A stretch of 64,000 bases of DNA from the human T2T-CHM13v2.0 reference genome, Homo sapiens. The translations under genes and the position numbers were made by a program. Positions 53,646 to 64,000 of the stretch are shown piece by piece; position 1 is the stretch's first letter; each line of letters begins with the position of its first letter. The DNA is taken from assembly GCF_009914755.1 (NCBI RefSeq), contig NC_060934.1; one strand, given 5' to 3'. Under the pieces are notes generated by a model that was not told the DNA's origin, searched no databases, and worked only from the letters and a program-made list of their open reading frames with translations.

Positions 53646-56600
53646 CATTCAATTTTAACAACTCTGTGAGTTAACCCAACAGGTTTTGCTAGTATCTACT
53701 TAAAAAATAATGCATCTGAGTTTGAATATTAATGGTTACAAGGCTTTTTGAAAGGGCTATATTTAGAAACCAGGTCTTATAGGTAACTAATTCTATTTAA
53801 AAACAAAAATAAACAAATAAACAACCAACATTAAGGGCAACTTTTTAACATTTAAATATTTGAATTATTTTCTTACAATAAGCAGGCTACTATGTTTAAA
53901 TGTAGGAAATAATGCATAACACAAAATTATGAAAAGATTACTTAGAATTGGATCAATATACAAAAATCACAAGTGATCAACCATTGGATTGACACATTAC
54001 TAGTTGCTCAAACTAAAAGACTAAAACCAAACAAGGTCTGCATACATAAAGATGCAGAAGGAAGGCGACGGAATAGGTACAACTGATAGAAAAATCAATA
54101 TTTATCTAGAACAGAAGTTTAAACTTCCAGAAGCCAAAATCATCACCAGGAATTACACGGTTGTGCATGATGATGTCGGAATGAGCAAATGACCTTTTAG
54201 ACCTAGAAGTCTCTTCCTTTAAACCCATACATAAGAGAAAATATATATCAAATCTGGGGCAGTTATTTCTTCATGTAGGCTAGCGGCATAGATATCTGTT
54301 AGGGAACCCTTTATTAGGGCTAGTTTTAAGTTGTCAATATGTAATCACACAGCACGATAATTGTTCAGGGTATAATAATCATGCACAGGTCTGTCACAGT
54401 GTGCTCAGCTAGGAACAGATTTCTTTCCATTTATCACCAGCAGCCTCCCTACCAATGGAGCATGGTCCACATCAGTTTCTGAGCTTAGAATTGAATGCCT
54501 GGAATGAGAGTTTGTCTACAGACCTCTCTGGAGATCATGCTAATAGGCTCCTGCCCAATTACAGGGCCTGTCCTATTCGAGTTCTTTGCTGGCAGGAAAC
54601 ATGAAGAAACTTGGCTAACAAGGAACAATGGAATGTGTTGGAAGTACATGGCGTACCTCAAATAAATGAGAAAATGCCAAAGCCAGCCTCAGAAAGGAAG
54701 GGAGCTGGGACAGCTCTGAAGATTGCTGGTTTAGGGACTTGGAATAATCACTTTTTTCAGAATGCTGCTGTTCACTCTAATTTTCAGAAATTAAGCTACT
54801 TCTTTCAGAATTCAAGTCATGTGCCCAGGTATGGTTTGAAGAGGGTAAGGCACCTGCTTCAAAGCCCAGCCAAGATTAGAAGGTTCAGGGTAAGAGAAGC
54901 AATTCTCCTAGGAAAAATCAAGTTTGATGCCAAAAAACGATCATTTATCATACAGAATGAATAGTTGAAAGAGAACTTTTCTTACCGATACACCCACTGT
55001 ATGCTGGTATTATTGTCCTACAGGAAACTTCTGCTGGTATTTCTAATACTGCTCTGGATAGATGTGAATAATCTTGACACAAAACTCTCTATAACAATAA
55101 CAAATACTTCTTGACAAAATAAAGGCTATCTTCAATACAATAAGTAGTTAATAGAACATTTTTCTTGTAAATTAGTAGTCAGCATGATGATACTGATCCA
55201 AAATTATCCAAGGAGTTATTATGACACCAAAAGTATGTGTGATAAAGTAATGATTATATCAATATTGCTTTACATTTAGACAGCATGAACTTCAGGAAGG
55301 AAGTTCATAGTAAGTGCCAAACCTTATTATATTTAATAGAAAAAGGAAAATATTGTGCAGCCATTAAAATATTGAACAACATAACATAATAATTGTAGGG
55401 CCATGATTGTTGGTATGGGAATATTACCATAATATTTTATTAAGGCAGACACTTAGCTTAGAAATGTGTATTTTTTTGGCATGCCTTGGATATGTAATTT
55501 TATTTTTTCTGTTACAATGGACTGTTTTGGTGAAAAGAATGCATATAATTATAAATGCTTAGGACAAATTCTTCTTGGATAAATTAGAGTTTACGTATTT
55601 AAAGGACTGAAGTCACCCAGTCAGGTTACAAGAAAGACAAGAATGTGTCTGTATAGGTATAGATGTGTATGTTCATTTATTAAGTTCCTGTTGTATGCAC
55701 AACATTCTGGTAGGCTCTGAGTTTTTAATTCCCTTGAACATCTGTGATGGGAATACTAATGCCTGAGGTTCCACCTACATGGCCCAGTGAAAGCAGGGCT
55801 TTCAGAGGAGAAAAGACCAAATCCAATGGGTATGTATACTTATAATAAACTTCAGGGTAGATGTCACCTTTCAGGGTTATTCAATAGGATTTCGTTGTCC
55901 CAGTGGGAAATTCTATTTTATACCCTGTTATTTCACAGACAATAATCCTGTTGAGATCAATGTACTACCAGCACAGGAAATTACAGATAGGAACTTGAAT
56001 TATAAGTTCACCCCATGACAAAAATGAATTGCTTTCATTTTTTTATGTAGTCTGTTTCTAGACACTACATCCAATTGTTGCTGAAATGGCCGTGAGAGTT
56101 GTAATGGTAATATATTGAAACTTGAATGTGTCTCTAGTTTATGTGCTTTGTTTGTATTATCATTTTAATTTCTGTGATTAATTGATTTAATATTTTTAAG
56201 CCATAAAAATATATGCTTGGTGTGCTTTGAAAAACAAATATTTAAAATATGCCTCCATTTCTTTTGTCAAAGTGCGTGTAATCTGTTTGATTTTGCCAAG
56301 GTGGTGAATAAGCCACTCTGGCCAGACCAGTGTATATCCAAATTAGGAGGACGTAAGTAGTTATGTGACATTAGGGATGTGCTAGTTCTGACAACACACA
56401 GAATACAGACACAGAAAGTACATCTTAGTTTGTAATAGAGCCCCAAGGAGCTCTGACAAAATTGACAAAATGAGGCTTTGTTGAAGTAAGGGAAATCATT
56501 CAGCTAATGCAAATAAGTTAAATTTAAGTAGGAAGGAATATGCATGTACACATACATATGTAATATTAGACATTCAGAATTTTCATTAATATGCTTTTAT

Positions 56601-57150
56601 TTTAATAAACATTGGATTCTATTTAGAAAGGAGAACCAATCCCATGGGAAATCCTGATCAAGTGCTGGATATTGAGTGGTGAACAGCACACAATGCCCAC
56701 TTATAAGGTGCTTTATAAAACAGGTAAGCAAACAAGCTGTCATACTTGGTTAGTTTTTCTGAAATCAAATTTTGGGAGGAACAAAACTACACATTTTGTC
56801 CTGGGGAAGACAAGGAAGGCTTTCTAGGGCCACAATATGTAAGGACCAGAAATGCAGGTATAGTGGGGTTGGGGGGTAGATGGCGTTGGGTGTCACTGGG
56901 AAGAAAGGCCAAATGTCTAATTCCACATTCTCTCTGCTCTTGGCACCCAAGGTCCTTCTTATCTTCTGTCTTCTAAATAGTTTTTCCTACAACTTGCCTC
57001 AACATCTCTTTTTTCTTCACACTGTAAGGTTGTTGTAACACCAATAGCAGTCTCACTTCCAAAATTACAGTTTTATGCATTTGATTATTTGAATACTTCC
57101 TCCTTTTTTCTTACCTTCAAATTCAGTAAAATCTACACTCTTTTGGCCAT

Positions 57151-57728
57151 CGTGTTAGTTTTCTATTGCTGTGTAACAAGATATCACAAACATAATGTCT
57201 TAAAACTACACCTATCATTGAGTTCCTAGACCATAGATCAGAAATCCAGGCAGGCTCAACTCTCTTCTCTGTTTACCATCTCACAAGGCAGAAATCAATG
57301 TGCGAGTCAGGATGAGCTCTCTCAGGAGACTCAGGGAACAATACATTCCCAAACTCATGTAGATTTTTGGAAGAACTCAGCTCCTAGTTGGTGTAGGCCT
57401 AAGGTCCTCCTTCCTCCTGACTGTTAGATAGCGGCCAATCTCAGCTCCTGGAGGCTGTGCACACTCCTCATAACATGTTTTTCCAAGCCTATTATGGTGC
57501 ATGAAATCCTTCTCGTCCTTGGAATCTCTCAAACTTCTACATCCTCAGAGAAAACTCTGCTTTTAAAGGACTCATGAAGTTAACTTAAGCCCACCTGGAC
57601 AATCTTTCTATCTTAAAAGTCAATGGCTCACCAACCTTAATTACATCTTCAAAATCTTTTTTGTCATTTAACACAACCATAGCACCAGAGTAACTCAAGG
57701 AGACCATCTTGAGAATCTACCTACCACA
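57151..57728 (-). mobile_element. MLT1E-like MaLR LTR
   Basis: tgttagttttctattgctgtgtaacaa...agaaaactctgcttttaaaggactcatg...ccttaattacatct...ctacctaccaca. Confidence 0.8.
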
Positions 57729-57729
57729 T

Positions 57730-60520
57730 TCAAGTGAATTTTTCCATGTTCATATTCCATTTTTAATCCTCATTTCCTCTCCTCCCAACTTAGGTTTTTC
57801 ATCATCAATATACTCAGTACAACCATTTCCTTACAAATACTTTCCGTTATCTTGCTTCTCTCTTGTGTGCATACTAGCCTGGCAAAACTGTAACTCAAAT
57901 AATTGTATACCTCAGTCTACTTTACCCCCATACTGGATCAACTGAATTTGAATGTATTTTTTTAAATGCAAGCATAATGAATGGACTCATCTTTATTTTT
58001 TAATCACACGTATCAACTAAGTCCTCAGTACTGTCCAGCAATCCCTTTACATTTCTTTAGTAAGTTTGCTTTTCCCCTTTTTGAGTACATGATTTCAAAA
58101 CTTCCTCTTTCTCCATATGCATTTAGTCTTTTCCCTTTGTCATGCTTTTCCAAAGAACTGCCTTTTTACATCATTAAGAAATAAAGCAATATAATGAAAA
58201 CTTTGATCTGCCTTATCTGACCACCATAAATCTACTGATCTCTATACTCTTTGCCATAACCTCTTGCCTACTCAAAGATTTTGCTCTAGCAATTCATTCT
58301 TTTCTGATGATAACTGCATCATCAGTTTCTGCCTCACATCTACGTACAGACATCATCTCATCTTAAATTCAAAACAGGCCTTCTATTTCTTCCATTGCTG
58401 CCTGCTGTCTCTGCTCCCCTCAACAACAAATCTTCTTGCTAAAGCCACCCACACTCTTCCCCCACATTCTTTCTTGAACACACTCCAATCAAACACCCCA
58501 GTGCTCCATCAAACCTGCTTCTTTTCAGTGTTCACAGGACTTTCACTTTACCACGTCCAACAGCCAATCTTCGATTTCCATCTTGTTCTGACTCCATGTT
58601 GCTACAGTAGAAATTGTTTTCCACTCGTACTTCGTGACTCTTGACAATCTCCGTGGGACCATCCTATCCATCTAGGGAATCCCATTCTTCAGGAGGCTTA
58701 GTCCTGAGACCTCTCTTTGTTATTGTCAGTCTTTCTTTTGGTGATTTCATCTCTTTCCTTCTATACACTGATGAAACTGTCAACCAAAGATAATTTTAAG
58801 TGGCCCCCGGTACCAGCCATCTGAATAGACCCCTCCTCTCTGCCAAAAGCATTCCAAAGTTAACCTGAAAAACTAGTTCAGGGAAGAGGGGAGTCAGACA
58901 TGCCTTATTATCCTCTCCTCCCTTTTGGAACTCAGGAAAAGCTGACCAGCATTTAACATCAACACAAACCTTAAGTCTGTTAAGAAATATTTACAGTCTA
59001 TTCTATAAAGCCTATACTTGGAGGCTTCGTTTGCATGATAAAACCTGAGTATCCACAACCCTTTATTGTAACCCAGAAATTCCTTTGTACTGATAATAGT
59101 TCTTTAAACCAACTGTCAATCAGAAAATGTTTAAATCTACCTAGGACCTGGAACTTCTGCTTCAAGTTCTACCACCATTCCAGATCAAAACAATGCAAAC
59201 CTCACATGTATTGTTTGATATATTTTGTCTCCCTAAAATGTATAAAAGCAAACTATACCCTGACCACCTTGGGTAAATGTCATCAGGACTTCCTGAGGCT
59301 GTCACAGGTATGTCCTTATCCTTGGCAAAATAGCCTTCTAAATTGATTGAGACCTGTCTCAGATACTTTTGGGTTCACAGTACCAAATATACATATTTTA
59401 ATTCTCAGTTTTCTAAATGTCCAATATAAAAAATCCATGTGTGTGGATAGCCATACATGACCTATAGGCAGATACAGATATAGATACACTGTATCTCCAC
59501 CTGGATATTGTGTAAACTCCACACACTGGGCTCAACCAAGACAGCTGAATCTTCTCCCAATTCCTGCCACACCCACAGCCTACTCCTCCCCATTCTTCCT
59601 TGTTTCTGTGCATATCACTCAGTTGCTAAAGACAAACACCTAAAATCACTTTGGTTCCTCTTCTTCCCTTTCCACCCTTCTCCTGGCTAGACCCTTCATG
59701 CACATATAAGCAATTCATCAATATGTCTTGGCTCAATTGCCAAAAACTTATCCCTGTTGCAGTGACAGTGATTCATCCCTCCCTATCTTCTCCACATTGC
59801 CCTTCCTCTCAAAGTCACTGTGAATGTTCACCTGGACCATTGCAAAGGCTTTCTCACCCTTCACTCTCTTCTCACTCTTGTCCCCACCCTCCAGCTCCCA
59901 GTCGATGTGCACACAGAAGTTAGAGTGACCAGAATCATAACTACCACCTCCAAAAGTCCTGCAGTGGCTCCAACACACCACTTAGAGTAACATCTGGCTT
60001 GCTGCAATGGTACCTGGCCTGCATGAGTGAGTGCTTTTTCTTTCTCCCGAATCTTATCTCCATCACTCTGTCTGCTGCTTACTCTGCTCCAGGTGCACTA
60101 GAATGGTCTTTGTCCTCAAACCTCTCAATCTCCTTTCAAGCCCTCTAGAGGATGATCCTTCTGCCTGTAAACTCTTCTTCAGAGATGTGCTTACCTGGCT
60201 CCTCCTCCACATTCAGGCCTTTGCTCACATATCAACTTCTCACAGATAAAATATCTGAAAACTCTATCCAAAACAGCTACCCTGGTCCATCTAACTCATT
60301 AGCCAGCTTTTTTTTTTTTCTCTACAGCACGTATAATTACCCCAAATAATTTTATATATTAGTTTCTCTATTTACTGTTTCACACTCCCACTAGAATGTA
60401 AGACCCATAAGAACAGGAAACATCTGTGTTTCTTCACCAGTGCAACCTGAGTACCTGACTTGGTGTGCAACACACAATAAACACTAGTTCACTGCATAAC
60501 CATACAGAATTAACAAGACA
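57730..60520 (+). mobile_element. Long L2 remnant interrupted by MER4
   Basis: Pyrimidine-rich L2 body ending ccactagaatgtaagacccataagaacagg...cacaataaacactagtt. Confidence 0.7.
58778..59379 (+). mobile_element. MER4A/B-like ERV1 solo LTR
   Basis: gcattccaaagttaacctgaaaaactagttcagg...ctccctaaaatgtataaaa...gagacctgtctcagatacttttgggttcaca. Confidence 0.88.
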
Positions 60521-62489
60521 TTGTCCCAGATTGTATATGTGAGCTGAACAAAAAGTCAGGAACAAGGAGGAGTGAAGGATGACTTGCTTCCCACTCTAAG
60601 TAAAAATTATTCTTGCAACTTCAGAGCCCATTAACCTCAACTTGGACATCACTAGTGTTGTTCATGAGGAAGTTTTCTTACCAAGGCTTCTAAATTTATT
60701 GTTTTGCTAGGACAGATATATTTTTTAATGTTTTGATCCAGATTCCCTAATTTTTCTTATTCCTCTTAAATCTTTCTCCTATAAAACATGAAATAAGTTT
60801 ACCATGCTCTCTATTACACTATTCAAATATTTCAAACAATATTATTTCCCATCACCAGTTTTTTCTTCCCTAATCTTACATAGCCCAATTTTGTTTATCT
60901 ATACTCTATCTTTCTACATCTCTTTCTGATGATTTTTTTTATTTTAGAGCTACTGCAGTCTATTAATCACCCAAATTTAAAACCTTGCAGTTATTTTAAC
61001 TTCTGTTCTCAGAACTGACATAAATATTCTCCAAATTATCTTAATTATACCTCCATTGTGCTTCTCACATTTATCCTGTAGAGTAGTGCTAGAGATTTAA
61101 TATAAGTTCACTCCACTCTCATTGATGACTCAAGCTCCCTCGACTTCATTTTTTCTTGCTAGGTTACTAGCCCATGGACTCTTTTCCACACAGTCATTAT
61201 TAATGACTGAACAGGCTGAGCCTGCTGTTGTTACTAAATGCACACCATTGAGTTGCGAATACACAGAATGGTTTAAGGGAAATCTTAACATTCTGGCATC
61301 ATAGGTTTTTTTCCAGGTTTCTTGGTGAAGTCAGTCAAACCTTAATTTGAATCAGCCAAAGTGGTTTTGTGTTTGTGGAAGCAGAGATTGAGAAGAATAA
61401 AGATCACATTTCCAGACCACTTCCCATGATAAGATCCTAAAACGACATCCTTGTTAAACATTTGATGAGAAAAAAGAAAGTTTTCAAGACTCATAATCTG
61501 TGGGTAACAAAAGTGCAATACATCCTTGATTCCTTTTTTTGGAATCAGGCAACCAGCAGAGCTTGTTCAGCCTTGATGTGTTGCACTTTTGGTCAAATGT
61601 ATAGACTAAAGGATAAACCCACAGAGGCAGGAGAATTTAGTGATATTTGATAAAAAAAAAAAAAAAGTAGCTTTGTTGGTGCTTTTCTCTCTGAACAGCA
61701 GGGTTACTGAAAATAACAGGCTCCAGTGTGTTTCTTTCTAAGAGGCACCAAAAATAGTTCTTTTGTCATCAGTCTTAATAGAGTTACACAGTCAGTTCCA
61801 TAGAAATTAAAAGCAATACTGGAGCTCATCTGGATTATGTGTGGTCTTTTTACTGCTGATCATACGTAACGCACAAGATGGGGTGAGGGGGGAATTTAGA
61901 ATAATCAATTTCTCAGCAAAGAAAAAAGAAACAGCACAGAAAAACAAAGAATTTGGAATAAAATACAAGGAAACTGGACTCTTCCCACTCCTTCCCTTCT
62001 AAACATAGTGAGTATCACATTCTTCCTTCCTGCTGTGGTTTTGCTTCTCACGGGCCTACAAGTCAGAGATAGATGTAGGAACAACTTAAACAATTTTTTC
62101 CCTTAGAAGATCAATAGAATTAGTGAATTTTAAATGTTAATGCATTCCATTCCTGGCAGTGGGAAAGTCATTCCAATTCTTCAATTTATATTTATCCTTG
62201 ACACAGAGGTACCAAAAGATGAAAAACCCTACATAACATATAATTCATCTTCTATTTAGACTTAAAAATGGAAGTAAAATACAAAAAACAAAATTCATCT
62301 GTGATGAAAATCAATTGCCACAACGGCTTAACGTACCCAGAATTTTTTGAGCAAAGTTGTGGCCAGATGATGTCAGCAGGAAGTAAGGCTGTAGAGTTTT
62401 TATTCTGACTACATTTTTTATTTTCCTACATTCCCATATATTTCAATATATTGCCTTTGAAAATTTAATAATTAAGGAACAAGGAAATG

Positions 62490-62807
<318 letters not shown>

Positions 62808-63064
62808 AAGGAACAAGAAAGCAAGGACTTGTACAAGTGTTTGTTAGTCTTATAAGAAAGCCTCAGGATGAAGACACCACCTGCACCATCCATACAGGCC
62901 CCATCCCCAACCCTCATTTGCTATAGAAAAAGACAGAGACACAGAAGTTTTTGTTGTTTTACCCAGGAAAGTAACACGTAGCCTCTACTCCATTCCCAGG
63001 ACTAATCACTCTGCATTCATATTATGCTTAAGCACAATTTTAATATTACACTTGGTTATTCCAG

Positions 63065-63320
63065 ATGACTTGGGCCTCTTCACACTAGAATGGCCAGTCC
63101 CACAGAGCAAGCATCCCAAAAGAGCGAGACAGAGAGTGAGCGAGAGAGAAAGGCCAAAGGTACCTTTTAGGAACTGGGTTTAGAAGTTGGGCAGCATCAC
63201 TTCAACCTTATTCTTTTCTTCCCAAAGGCCAGCCCACATTCGGGGGACAGGGAGTTAGACTCTGCCTCCCACTGGAAAGACGGTCAAGGCATTTGTAGAC
63301 ATGTTTTAAAGCCACCACTG
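63065..63320 (-). mobile_element. MLT1F/G-like LTR fragment
   Basis: gcagcatcacttcaacc...aaggccagcccacattc...tagactctgcctc...atgttttaaagccaccac. Confidence 0.65.
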
Positions 63321-64000
63321 CAGAGATGAAGAGTTGACTGAAAATGGGGGAAGACATTGGAAAATGGAGCAGAATCTAACACACAAACATCACTACGTGG
63401 ACGCTTCAGTGTATTTCAGATCACCAAATGTTGATTCCTGAAGTTTCTTGAGTGATGGAGTCATAACCATTTAAGACTTGGTAGGGTGATGATTTTCCAT
63501 TCATTTGTAAACTGTACAACTCGGCTATATCTTAGTCAAAAGAACTGACCCAGGCAGCTGTTTAGAAAGTGCAGCCAGGAGCTGCAGATGGTGGCCGTGC
63601 CTCTCGGCAGGAGTGAGCACAGCAGGCATCTAAGCCCTGAGAAGGACACAAATAGAGATTCCCTTGGTCAGCCAGAAATCAGGCCCATGGAGAATCTGGA
63701 ACCACTCATGTATCATTTTAAATATGTAAAGAACTTTCCAAATTTGGATCCATTACAACAAATCTGATGGAGGTACTGTATAGTTTTCAAATATGGAAAT
63801 CCAAAACTACAAACACCAACCACTACTGTGAAATGTTCTGCCAGACTTCAAGAAGACAAAGTACAAACTCAATCTTTATTAAGAAGAAAATACCTTAATT
63901 GCTCATCTGTCTTTAACCACTGACCACCTCTCTTTGCCTCTCTGTTGGTATCTTTGACTTGGGGAAATTTCATCCCATTCCATGTTAATTTAAATTTTCT

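Overview
AT-rich primate genomic DNA. Alu, L1PA3-like, THE1/MST and MER4 elements point to human or another ape. It looks intergenic or deep-intronic. I recognise no protein-coding gene, rRNA, tRNA or CRISPR array. The only ORF with a recognisable product is the C-terminal fragment of LINE-1 ORF2p (12370-12972) inside a 5'-truncated L1. The window is dominated by layered transposon fossils: 7 Alus, young and old L1s, L2/MIR, MER5A/MER33/MADE1 DNA elements, and about ten LTR remnants, several with readable target-site duplications (TSDs). Subfamily names come from my recollection of consensus sequences and need RepeatMasker/Dfam confirmation. The most notable structures are an 84-nt near-perfect foldback inside an L2 (45434-45517), a compact MADE1/miR-548-like hairpin (40881-40943), a TSD-flanked L1 that has both ends but lacks several kb of its middle (33989-36149), two recent tandem duplications, and a few candidate exons and enhancer motif clusters. 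I find no support for a new multi-gene biological system.
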